Below are positions 8,187 through 19,563 of a stretch of DNA of 34,534 nucleotides, in pieces (the stretch's first letter is position 1; each line of letters starts with the position of its first letter). The DNA comes from Craspedostauros australis (Eukaryota). Under the pieces are notes generated by a model, which saw only the letters and a program-made list of their open reading frames with translations, ran no database searches and was not told the DNA's origin. Location of the stretch: assembly GCA_030167865.1 (NCBI GenBank), contig JALAGF010005445.1, forward strand, positions 1-34,534. The letters run 5' to 3'. The position numbers and the translations under genes are program-made.

Positions 8187-10305
8187 TCACTTGCTGCTGT
8201 CGCCAGTGTGTAGGTATGACTTCTTGTGCTCGCGCTGTAGCTCTGACTTGATGTTCTTTGTGAAGCCATCACTCTGATTGTTCTCTGACTTGACGAATGT
8301 TGGAAATCCGGGGTATAGATATAGTCTAATGCTTATTAAACTGTACCGTTTTAGAACTGTGAGAACAACACATTCATTTCTCAAATCGTCGACTCGTTTG
8401 CCCATGATGATGTTGATGGCCTCCTGTAGTTGCCCCTCACAATCATCATTACAATCTCTCTCTGTCATGCCCATTTCATTGCTCATGACAAGTGCATTTC
8501 ACCATGCTCGTCTGCTGAGATATCGGTCTATACTCCTGAGGTGCATGCATGCTGATGCTTGATTCACTCTCTTCTCATCAGGCATCCATCACTCATTCAG
8601 TACACTCTTCCGTGTTGTTCACTCACTCTTCTCACATGTTCACTGGTGGTCACACTTGGTCAGAACATGGAGTTCTGGCATGATTAGTCCAGTTCTTCGA
8701 TGTTGTTCCAGTCCGTGCTTTGTTCTCCTTTGCTGGTTCTCTGTCAGTCACGTAATTATGTTCTGGGTTCCGAGCGACTCAACTGTGTTAGCGTATTCGC
8801 ATAGATGTTTCAGGTTAACCGGTCAACTCTCATGCTTGGAACACTTTGGTGTTCCAGTCTCCCTTTCACATCCATCGTTCGCCATGTCAGTTTGTCAGTC
8901 TCCTCAAAACATGTCACATCATTAGTCTGTCCGTCGTCCGTCATACTCTTGACACACAGAGGAGGAAGGTCTACAATCGACTTGGGAGTGTGTCCGACTT
9001 TGATAGATTGGTCAGTCTATTTTTGGTATTATGGGAGGTGCGGCAATCTAGGATAACACGACATAGTCGTACCCTCGATTCCTGACAGACGAAGATGATT
9101 TCGATGAGCTTGTCATTCACCATGTTGCGGAGGTAATGATGGTGTACGTCAATATGGCGAGAGCGTTGCGATGTTGAAGGATTCTTTGCGATGAAGATGG
9201 CTCCAACATTGTCAACTCTCACGGTGATTGGAGTCTTCACTGGCACTCCCACACTCTCCAGGAGTGGCATCACAAAGAAGATCTCCTTCGCCGCTTCGGA
9301 TAGCACGATGTACTCTGCCTCTGATGAACTGAGCGTCACTGCCTTCTGCGCCTTGGATCGCCAGAGGACAGAGACTTGACAGAGGTAGAGAATGAATCCG
9401 CCGACACTGATGCGAGTGTCCTTGTCTCTGGCGTATTCACTGTCGCAGAACATCTCCATGTTCCATGCGCTGCTGTCTGCCATGACGGGATGAATCTTCA
9501 GACCGTAGTGCTTCGTGTCGATGACGTATTTAATGATACGGTGCATCTCCTTGGTTGCAGCCTCGGTTGGTCCGTCGAGTACCTTTGTCAGCTCTCTGAC
9601 AGGATTGACGATGTCGGGACACGAATGCTTGATCAGGAAAAGGAGCATTCCCACTCCCTTGCGATAGTCAGCATGCTCTGCTGCATCGACCTTCTGCAAT
9701 CCGTTCTCTTCGGATGGGCGGATGATGCTCTGGCTCGGTGTTCCTGGGGTCGCGTAGCACTGCATCTTCTCCACCTCTGCAACAAACTCGGTGATCAGGT
9801 TTCGGATCAGATGTGGCTGGCGTAGGACGGCTGTCGTCTTGTCTGCGTTGAGCTGGATGTTGCAGCTGAGGTAGTCACCCAAACCCTTCTCGATGGTGAC
9901 CTTGAACTTGCTCTTCTGGATGTCGTTGATGAATTGCTCGAGTGCCTTCTGGTGTCCGCAACAGAAGCAGTCGTCAACGTAGATCGCCACGATGACTGTT
10001 CCATTCTTTGTCTTGCGATGGAAAAGGCACGGATCTGCCGCGCTCTGATCGAATCGCATTCCCTTCAGTGTTGATACGAGCATCTTGTACCATTGGCGTG
10101 CGCTCTGGACCAGCCTGTAGATTGGCTTGTGTAGCAGCAGCGCTTCATCTGGTGTGCTGTCCATTCCGCTTGGACAGTTCATGTACACCTCTTCTTCGAG
10201 ATCGCCGTACAAGAATGCCGTGACGACGTCCACGAGTGCGCAGTCCATCTTCTGCAGTAGCATGATCACCATCATCACACGGTGCGTGACATCGTGGATG
10301 ACAGG
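8187..10305 (-). mobile_element. Ty1/copia pol remnant (reverse transcriptase + RNase H), 5'-truncated and interrupted at 8298-9087
   Basis: Motifs DVVTAFLYGDLEEEVYM, LVQSARQW, ADPCLF, YVDD, CDSEYARD, SSSEAEY, VDNVGAI, RSRHID. Removing the insert rejoins IIFV to KSENNQSDGFTKN, the typical RNase H end. Confidence 0.95.
8298..9087. mobile_element. 790-bp non-coding insert (solo LTR or non-autonomous TIR element) with 6-bp TSD GACGAA
   Basis: Begins TGTTGGAAATCCGGGGTA and ends GTACCCTCGATTCCTGACA. GACGAA flanks both sides (8292-8297 and 9088-9093). It splits the copia RNase H coding sequence. Confidence 0.9.
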
Positions 10306-12675
10306 TGTTGGCAAGTTCCGTGATTGGAAGTGATAATCAGCAATTACACACAGGACAAGAGGGGAGCACCAAACACTGCACTTACTACACCGCCTGGGTG
10401 ATCAATCCAATAGGTGAAGTTGGAGATGTTTGGTGTATTTGGTTGTTGCTAAGTTAGTGTGTCAATTGATGATTGAGTGTGGTTTATGAGATGATGATCT
10501 CCTATTTCTAATGATGGTGCCTATTGCACGGTTGCTAACGTGCTGCTTGATTACCTCGTGGTTTCTCTCGCAGTCTTTCCTAAAACATTGCCCAAGATGG
10601 CATGTTGATCTACACGATACTCCGTGTTATTCTCGCCTTTGGGTCTTTCTTCATCTCTGTCTGATCTTGTCTGGTCTTGATCTCTGTTTGATCACATATG
10701 GATTGATCCGTCTACGTCGGCGGGGNNNNNNNNNNNNNNNNNNNNNNNNNNNNNNNNNNNNNNNNNNNNNNNNNNTTTGATCACATATGGATTGATCCGT
10801 CTACGTCGGCGGGGTGCATGCATCACCCCTGACGATGTTGTTCTGGATCCTAAATGTTGCTGCCACGTGCTCGATGATGCACTCGGCTAGGCTAGACAGG
10901 TCAGCATACCATGACTAAAATATAATCTCGATTCCGAGGATCACAATGACCGATCCTCTGACGTCATACGATGATGTCAGTGCCTACGTCATGTTCGATG
11001 ACAGTAGTGACTGAATATCAATCGTGTATCAAGACTCACTCGACTATACTCTCAAATCGAGTCGAATCAAAAATAATGAATCACGTTTCAGTCATGGGAG
11101 ATGGGTACCTAATTTCGATCTAGATGTTGATAGGAAGCCTACGATCATGGAAGATGGTATTGGTTGATAGTTGGTTCTGTTTGCTATTTCATTACGTTGG
11201 CACTCCGATCCTCTCGGTGTACACCAGTTGTCTTGCCCAATGCTCTCGGTGCTTCAATCTGTTTTGTAGATTCAGTCTCCGACTATGAGTCGGTACGTGA
11301 GATGCTCTCTCGCTCCTCTCTGTATTCTCTCTCTTTCTCTCTCTCTCAACATCGTGTGTTCGTGCTACACGACATTCTGTGTTCGATGCGTACTCCGCAT
11401 TCGATACTCCGTTCGTTCAGTACTGGTTCCTACTCCATGAGTACTTACCATTTGAAGTTCGCCTTCTGTATCCATGATCTTGATGCCCTTTGGTCATTGG
11501 ATCTTTGCCTCCTGCTCTGACTTGGAGACAGATGTCGACATGGTGACATGATGACATCCTGTCGACGTCAGTAGGCGTCCTTCTGCTCTCCAGATGTCAC
11601 GTTCCATTGGTGATGCAGNAGTCTGTCAGATGATATCGTCATCTGAGGTTTAGTTGGGAAGTACCTCGAGATTCTCTTGGTACCATTGATGGATGGATGG
11701 ACGATCTTCCAATTCTCTCAGAAATCGTTATTTGCAAATTTCCTCCAGAAATCTTGCCCCTTTTCGTGTGTTCCATTTCCGTTGTAATTCTGACGAATCA
11801 CAACATACTATCAACACGAGTCTAGTTATACCGTCCAAGTGCGTATGAGAGAATAGCGGGTGAACGATGCACATATACACGTACATCTTGACATATACTC
11901 ACATGTACATCTCGACATACAAAGCAGGCATTTAGGCTCACATGTTGGCATCTGTTGATGTCACTAGTCATGTTCCTGGTTCTGTTTTGCTATCCTTGCC
12001 CACCAAGATTAGGATAACAGAAAGCAACGGCAGATGGGGCGATGTACAATTGCGATGGGGTGTAGCTGTTCCCTCCAAAGAGGCCACATCCTGCCGCTAC
12101 AGTTGTCGTTCCTAATTATTGTTGCCCATTCTGGTGCTTCTCTTCTTGACCCGGCCAGCTGCAAACACGCATGCGCAACTATTACACATACAACCTACTC
12201 TGCACCAATGTACAGCAAGGGGTATCACAAGGGGCACCCAACAAAGACTTCAAGGCAAGTACCAATCCGAAAGTCGATCATGCAAATGCAGTAAAACAAC
12301 CTGATCGCAATGCGAGATGGGCAAAACATGTTCCAGACCGTCTGTCAGGCTGTCCACGCTGACAATCGTGACACACAAAAACGAAATCGAACTTGGGAGA
12401 CCAAGAAGGATGAAGCTCGATTGAAGAAGCACAGGAAACAATTGGAGATGAACAAAAAGCAGAGAAGGGAAAGAAAAACGAGGAAGGAAACTCAAATCTC
12501 GGAGGGGTTCGCATCCCCTCCCGTGACTTTGGCCCGCACACATGCGTTTCGATGAATTCGGAGTGCGATGAGAAAAGGGCCCATGCCTCAGAACGCACAG
12601 ACCCACTTTTTCCTCATACCCACCACGTAGGCCAACTCATTAGGGATATCAAATACCATCGTCTACGCATTAACC

Positions 12676-14409
12676 ATGATACCATTGCTGATCGCAACAC
12701 TGCAGCTCTCGGGCTTGGTTGGTGCGACGGCGCTGGCTGCGCTGATCCTCAACAAGCTGCTGAAACAATTCGTGTACAGCGAGCCACGGGATGCCCACCT
12801 TGCACCGCTCGCACCCGACGTGAGTTTGATTGAGGCAGTGGCCGGGATCTCCGGCCTGGATGGGCCACATTTCCTCTACGAGATCTTCCAGAAGCTGGGG
12901 CGCTCATCTGATGATGAAAAGGCAGCGGCAGATACGCCATGGGTCATGCGCATGCCGCTCCCCATGTTTGCCCCGCTCGCATACCACAGGCTGACCTACG
13001 ACCTCACTGTCATTGGGGATGCCAACTTCGCGCTCGATGTCATGATCGATCCCACCACGCTCAAGGCGCCCGGCTACCGCGATTTCGATCAACTCTGCCA
13101 TGGCCAGAAGTCCATGTTCTCGACCGAATCTACGGAATGGAAGAACCGGCGCAAGGCCGTCGCAGGATGCTTCTCGCAATCGCATCTGGATCGCATCCAA
13201 TCCATCTGCCAAACGCAGTTGAATCAATGGATTGACGATGTGCTGGAACCCTGTGCTGAAGACGGCAAAGCCTTCAACATCGGCGAGGAAATGATATACC
13301 TCACCCTGCGCATTGTTTGTGAATCTGTTCTCGATGATGAGGACCACATCATCGACGATGAAGATCTCAAGCTCTTCAAGCATCATCTGCAGATCGCGGC
13401 AACGGAGTTCATCTTCATGGACCAATTCCATCAGTTCATGCCATGGTTGTTCCCCGCGGTCTGGAAAGCCAAGCGATCGAGCAAGTATTTGCAACAGTTT
13501 TCATTGCGCTTGATCGATAACTATCGCGCCAAGCACAAGGCGTACTACGACGAGATGAATAGCATCGGCGGATTGTCATCCTCGCACAGATCAGTATCGA
13601 CAGCAACAAAAGTCAATGTGCCCAAGGACACCATCATTCGACGTATAATGGAAAATGCGACGTATGCCGATGATCTGGGACGGGCAGCGGACATTACTCT
13701 ATTGTTGATTGCTGCACACGATACCACTGCATACTCGATCTCTCACACGCTCATGCACACCACACGCAGCAACCCCAAGGAGTTACAGACCTTCCGCGAC
13801 AAAGCGAAGCAGATTGTGGCCAACACCACATCGCCGTCGCCGTCGCCACAATCGACAGACAAGAGCAAACTGAGACAGCTGCATTCGATCGACGAACTGC
13901 AATGGATGATCCAGGAAGGCATGCGACTTTCGCCTGTCATCGCGATGGGTGTCCCCAGATGGATCGGGAAGGATTGGATGTACACGATCGGCGAAGACAC
14001 CGACAAGGACAAGAGCAGCAACGACAGCAGCACGGGCAACAACGTCAGCCGTCCGATCAAGCAACGCACATTTTTCCTACGCAAGGGTTCCATCGCTCTC
14101 CTTCCCTTCTTTCCCTCCTTCCGCAATCCCAAGTACTTTGAGGATCCCGACGAGTACATTCCATCTCGATGGGATTCCAACAACAACAAAAAGAACAAAT
14201 CAACTACGGTGCCCACACAGCTTTCCTCCTTTGCCAATGGACCTCGTGGCTGCTTGGGCAAGTACATGGCCAAGGTGGAGATGGAGACAGTCCTTGCAAC
14301 CTTGCTGTCCAAGTATGATTTTGAAATTGAGAACGAAGGGCATCTGCAATTCTCGTTGACATTGCAACCGATTGGTGCGCAGTTGATTCCGAGGAAGATC
14401 GGAGCATAG
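12676..14409 (+). CDS. Cytochrome P450 (577 aa, intronless, N-terminal membrane anchor)
   Basis: Hydrophobic N-terminus, C-helix WKNRR, I-helix AAHDTT, K-helix EGMR, PSRW, and heme motif FANGPRGCLG. Confidence 0.95.
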   Translation: MIPLLIATLQLSGLVGATALAALILNKLLKQFVYSEPRDAHLAPLAPDVSLIEAVAGISGLDGPHFLYEIFQKLGRSSDDEKAAADTPWVMRMPLPMFAPLAYHRLTYDLTVIGDANFALDVMIDPTTLKAPGYRDFDQLCHGQKSMFSTESTEWKNRRKAVAGCFSQSHLDRIQSICQTQLNQWIDDVLEPCAEDGKAFNIGEEMIYLTLRIVCESVLDDEDHIIDDEDLKLFKHHLQIAATEFIFMDQFHQFMPWLFPAVWKAKRSSKYLQQFSLRLIDNYRAKHKAYYDEMNSIGGLSSSHRSVSTATKVNVPKDTIIRRIMENATYADDLGRAADITLLLIAAHDTTAYSISHTLMHTTRSNPKELQTFRDKAKQIVANTTSPSPSPQSTDKSKLRQLHSIDELQWMIQEGMRLSPVIAMGVPRWIGKDWMYTIGEDTDKDKSSNDSSTGNNVSRPIKQRTFFLRKGSIALLPFFPSFRNPKYFEDPDEYIPSRWDSNNNKKNKSTTVPTQLSSFANGPRGCLGKYMAKVEMETVLATLLSKYDFEIENEGHLQFSLTLQPIGAQLIPRKIGA

Positions 14410-15016
14410 AGACTACGAGTACACAGAGTCAGGCGAGTGTGTCATTACTTGGGTCAACACAGATCTTTGTAGGCCCACAGCTGCTGCCAATGGAAGCTCA
14501 GAATTAATAGGCCGAGGCGAAGACAACCTCAATGCGATGATGAGATTGTGATTTTCCCTTGGGCTTTGGTTAGTTGGCTGCTTGGTCTGGATGTTCCAGT
14601 GACGTCGTTGCTGTGTGTGGTTTCTGTGGATGCTGAGGCAGGTGGAGCTGTCGTTGCTGATGATGCGGATCATCCCTCCGGAGGAATGATTGGCGTCCAT
14701 GCAGTCCGCAACAACAAAAAACACAGCACAAGCTGCCAAAATGAATGGTTCCAAGCACTGTACTAATACTACTGTAAAGTAAATCGGGATCGCAACTAGG
14801 AACAGCGTTGTGATTGCTTCATCCTAGTGTCTCCTGGCTAATTTCCTTTTTTTGGCACTTTTTGGTAACCATTGGCATATCGCCGACGGCACAAGCTGCC
14901 ATTCGATGAGTTGATGACCGTTGACCGACATCTTCACATCATTGGAAAGAGGAGAGTGAGAGATATCTGTTGATGTGTTCATTGTCTGCAAACGGTCTCC
15001 GCTTCCTGTTCATCTT

Positions 15017-15699
15017 TGTTGGAAATCCGGGGTAACCCAGCTTTATTAGTTATATCTGATTACCTATTCCTGTTGTTGCATTCTCAGAACTGTGAGCATA
15101 TCATCTTCAGCTCTTCCAATTCCATTTGCCATAGCATGTATAATCCACAGTAACATCATGTCATACTGTTGCCTTCATGCTGTCTTCATGCATTCTCGCT
15201 TGTATTCATCGATCCTTTCATCAGGCATCTCCATCATGCATCTCATCATGCATATCATCATCTACATTCATGCGGTACGATTCCACAGTCATGCGTTTCT
15301 CTCTTGATCTCCTGACACCAAACTTTACGATTGGTGTCATGATTGATGTCATGGTTGATGCCCTTTCTGAATTGTTCTAGTCCGTGAGTGGCACGTGTTT
15401 CGGTTCTCCTGATGGGGTGATCACAGACCTGCTGGTCATCGATGTNNNNNNNNNNNNNNNNNNNNNNNNNNNNNNNNNNNNNNNNNNNNNNNNNNGTCGT
15501 CATGGTTTTTCTTGTTAGAGGAGGACAGGCTTGTTTTCTTGTCAAGACTGAGATCAGTCACGTTTGTCTTGAGTCACGGGTGTGGTCAACAAGACTCAAA
15601 GGTGTGATCAACAGGAGTTGATTTCAGTCGTGATTGATAATTTTGGGAGGTGCGGCAATCATGGGTATCTTGACAAAGTCGTACCCCCGATTCCTAACA
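15017..15699. mobile_element. Second member of the same insert family (~680 bp including a 50-N gap), TSD CATCTT/TATCTT
   Basis: Same first 18 nt as the 8298 insert; shared AGAACTGTGAG and GGGAGGTGCGGCAATC blocks; ends GTACCCCCGATTCCTAACA. The 6-bp flanks differ by one C/T transition. Confidence 0.85.
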
Positions 15700-15873
15700 T
15701 ATCTTGATGCCTCTTTTAACCCTTTATCGGCCTTTTCATACGGACGACGTACGGACGTGATTTCGGAATTTTCTCGTTGGTAACCATTGGTAACCGCGTA
15801 GAGTCTACGACGTTCTGGTACAGAAATTTGTTGCTTCTTCGTCCAATCTCGACCGACTGCCTTCCAAAGACCA

Positions 15874-16492
15874 TTGCCAACAATCAGTCACAAACTCTTC
15901 CGATGGATGCTGCAATTCATCCACGCAGATGATACATCTTTCGTTGGCGACAACACAAGCAAATTCGAGCTTTCAAGACATCCTGGCTGCTGCCACTCGC
16001 TTCGGTTGCTGGAAGCTGAAGCTGTACTTCGAGACACAACTCGCCGTGAAGCATCTCGATGTGGATTCATGCGCCAAGCTTCTACTATTCTCAGATGCGA
16101 GCAGTTGCTTCTTGTTGAAGGATGAATGTATCAAGGTTGTGGGAAAGAACATGACCGAACAGTTTAGGCAGAGCTGCACTGCCACATTGTTGCAGTCTGG
16201 TGAGCTGATGAATGAGATATGCCAGTACATCAACAGAGAAGCAGTCAGGGGGGCCTCTACCGCTGATCATAAGTTGAAACGAGCCAGGAGTGAGAAGCTG
16301 GACGAGTCGTTGGAGCAACGGGATGACGTGGTGCTAGAGGAGGACATGAATTGGTCGTCGCTTTTGAAGAAGATTTGTTTGCTGGAAGAGCAACAGATCA
16401 TAAAAATACCCATGCACTTGTTCGCTGTGTGGTCTGCTCCACTCCACTCCACTCCGCTCCACCCTCTGGAGAGTTTATTGTTTGGAGTCTAG
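15874..16492 (+). pseudogene. BTB/POZ-domain gene fragment (C-terminal BTB helices plus BACK-like region), frameshifted
   Basis: ISHKLFRWMLQFIHAD lies in one frame. QDILAAATRFGCWKLKLYFETQL...LDVDSCAKLLLFSDASSCFLLKDECI lies in another. Both are typical BTB/BACK helices. No intact N-terminus. Confidence 0.65.
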
Positions 16493-16779
16493 GCCGTTCT
16501 TGGTTCGCAGTCTTGACACGATTGAGTCACGTTCGTGGGCATACACGACTCGGTCAGCAGACACACACATTCGCCGTTCTCGTCGCTTCTCCTTGTCATG
16601 CAGCAGGGCGAGCAAGAAAACCACAACACGGTGCACACATCCACCAACTGAGCAGGCCTCCATGCGACACTTCCCCATTGCCCTTCGAGCGACCACACCA
16701 TCGTCCTTCCCCACACCTCCAGCAACTCGCGACCGACATTCCCGATGCGGGTGACCATCCTGCAACGCAGCCAAAGCAC

Positions 16780-19563
16780 ATGACTTCGTCTGCCGGGCAT
16801 CCACGACGCAGCACGGATCCACAACCTTCGCACCAACATGCATGGCACAAGCGGCCAAGGCGAAGGAGCGTGTACAAGTGCAGCCTCGGGGTCATCGTTG
16901 CGCTCATCATTCTGCTCCAAACGTATTCGTGGATCCAGATCAGTCACACTCAAACGAGAGATGACGTCTCGCTGTTCTCTCAATGGAGGAGTCAACTGGA
17001 TGTGTCAGCAGATCGCCAGATCCAGTCGCACTCGCGGTCGTCTGACCGTTCACGAAGGATACACGGCAACAGCAATGCAAGGAGTCACAGTATTGCCGAT
17101 GGCGAGATTGCGCACAGCATCCCTCAATCCCAGATTGGGGATGACATCATCCGTGACATCTGCGCTGTCCCACCTGGCGAAGGTCCCGAATTGAGATGGG
17201 GGTTTCAAGCCATCATCAAAGTGGACAATATCAACCTGGAGGCTCAGCTGCGATCGTTGCGAGAAACATTGCAAGCAGACCAGCCAGAACGGACCGACGC
17301 ATACGACATCCCCAAGGTGCTGTGCGTGGTCATGACAGACTCCACGAGGCACAGCGATGTCATTCCTGCCATACTGGCCACGTACGCACAGCAGTGCGAT
17401 GGATTCGTGGCCGTTTCCAACAAAACGGATGCCACGATAAATGCAGTCAACATGTATGCACGCGATTCGATCATACGAGTAGACCGCAGCAACGATTCTA
17501 CCACAGGCGTCGACCATCGGCTGTATCCTGCGATGCAATACATTCAAAAGGAATTTGGCGATTCCCAGCAATTTGACTTCTTCCACATCGCAAGCGATCA
17601 GGCATACATCTATCCAAACAACTTGCGGTATCACCTCGCACGCATTGCGTGGAATGTGACTGGTGCGGATGGAAATTTCTTAATGTACATGGGGGATGGG
17701 ATGATTCCCAACCGGCGTTCCGACCAGATGTTTTGCACCAGCGGATCGGGAATCACCTTCAATTCAGAATCGCTGAAGGTAGCGACAGCCTCCGAGATGA
17801 CGAAATGCATGGCGACAGCATCGCCGCAGGAGCAGGACACTGAAGAAGGCGACATCGGATCGCATCGGTACGACACGCGGTTAGGACACTGCCTGTCTGC
17901 GCATGCTGGAATTCAGAAATGTCAGATGGGATTGGATGCTACCGATGAGGCGAGCTTGTACCATGAGCACGGTCCCAACTTCTCCGCGCTCTGGGTGATG
18001 GCCAATCATGGACCGCCCATCTACGGCCAGGAGATCATGAGACAGTTTGGGATCCGCATTCGCAATAAGTTGATGCGCACTTCCAGGACCACCGTTTCAT
18101 TTCATTTGGTCGACGGACTGGAATCCATGGAAGGGACCACGGCCAGCCATCTGTACCGTATCCATGCCATTCACCAGAATCTCTGTGATCATGTTTGGAA
18201 GGTCTCGAAGGGTGCATTGGATGCAGCGGGTCACCCTGGATACGTTCACGACGCCACGTACATCAAGGAGCATCCGTTGCCATTCACGGAGAGGATTCCG
18301 TACTACAAACGAAGCTACCCATTTCCGCAGACGAGGGGGATCTGCGAGGTGCCGTACGGATCGGGATCGGAGGAGCCGTTGGGGAATACGGCATTGCAGA
18401 AAATACGGAACTTCCTCGTACACGAGCTGCCTGCGGCTGAGGAACCAGGCGGGGCGGGAAAGAAGTTGAGGATTTTGTGCATGGTGTACACGCACTCCAA
18501 TAGCCATGACCGGGTCCGAGCGATTGCAGAAACGTACGGCCCGCGCTGTGATGGATTCATGGCAGCATCCAACGTGACGGATGTGGAGATTGGTGCAGTC
18601 AATATCCTTCATGACGGTCCTGAATCATGTAAGTGGGAGACTAGGACAGTTCCTTCTCTGCGCGGGGCATGGTTGAGGCAGAGGAGAGCGTTGCGAAATG
18701 TGTCTGCGTATGCAGGTATGCCTGTGGCTAGCTCTGCGGCTGTCCCTCCGAATGCGCCATTCATCTCACATGCTCTGCACCGAATCTGCGATTCCGTTTG
18801 GCTTGTTTCGATACTATGATCCCCGTCGTCGTCGTCGTCGTCGTCGTCGTTGTTGTTGTTGTTGTTGTTGTTGTTATCAATTGGGATGCTGTTACCAGAT
18901 GACAACATGTGGAGCAAGGTGCGGTCCATCTGGCGTTACGTGTACGAACACTATCTGGACGAGTACGACTTCTTCCATCTTGGCGGTGATGATCACTACG
19001 TCATTGTTGAGAACTTGCGCCACGTTGTATCCACAGGGTCATGGCGCGGGCCATGGAATCAGTCGGCGCCGCTGTATCTAGGCGGCCCGATGGTGGCATT
19101 CCCGAACAAATTCAAGCGGCTTTGTGGTGGAGGGGCTGGGTACACGTTGAATAGACCCGCGCTGAAACTGCTCGTGGAGGGCTTGTTCTACAAGCAGGAT
19201 TGCTGGCCGTATTGGCAGACGCCGAAGGAGGATTACAACATCGCAAGTTGCTTCCGCTATGCCGATGTGCTTTGCGAAGATACCAACGATGACAGGAACG
19301 AAACGCGATATCACCAATCCAACGCCTACGAGCACGCGAGGTGGAAAACCAGCGGGCGCAGCGTGTGGCGCGCTGGCGACCTGGAGCTGTACCACGGCAT
19401 CACCTCCAAGGGTGAGCTCGGTCAGATCTCGGAGACAAGCGTGTCATTCCACCTCAAAGTCGACGCAACGAAGAGAAACCCGATGCCAGGGCATTGGGTT
19501 GACAATGGTGTGCGGCGGTATGACGCGATCCTCCATGATCGTTGCTCGGACAAGTCGCCCTGA
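16780..19563 (+). CDS. Type II membrane GT31 (core-1 beta-1,3-galactosyltransferase/C1GALT1-like) protein with two tandem GT-like domains; exons 16780-18628 and 18899-19563 (~837 aa)
   Basis: TM segment SLGVIVALIILLQTYSWI. Motifs RILCMVYT, TYGPRCDGF, FFHLGGDDHYVIVENLR, PLYLG, CGGGAGY, ED, SVSFH. A GTAAGT...CCAG intron restores GPESY-DNMWSKVRSIW in frame. Start codon is inferred. Confidence 0.88.
18824..18875. repeat. Intronic compound microsatellite (GTC)n(GTT)n
   Basis: Read directly, just upstream of the splice acceptor at 18898. Confidence 0.95.

Noticed and set aside
8298..15699. One large LTR element carrying the P450 as cargo between two similar LTRs
   Set aside because: Each repeat has its own separate TSD and their interiors are diverged, so they are independent insertions.
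15716..15730. piggyBac-like end TTAA|CCCTTT, and a 14-mer TTGGTAACCATTGG shared by 14862 and 15777
   Set aside because: No matching opposite end found, and both are too short to exclude chance.
16351..16779. N-terminal extension of the glycosyltransferase ORF
   Set aside because: It begins at a non-ATG codon and overlaps the BTB remnant. ATG 16780 gives a normal short cytoplasmic tail before the TM helix.
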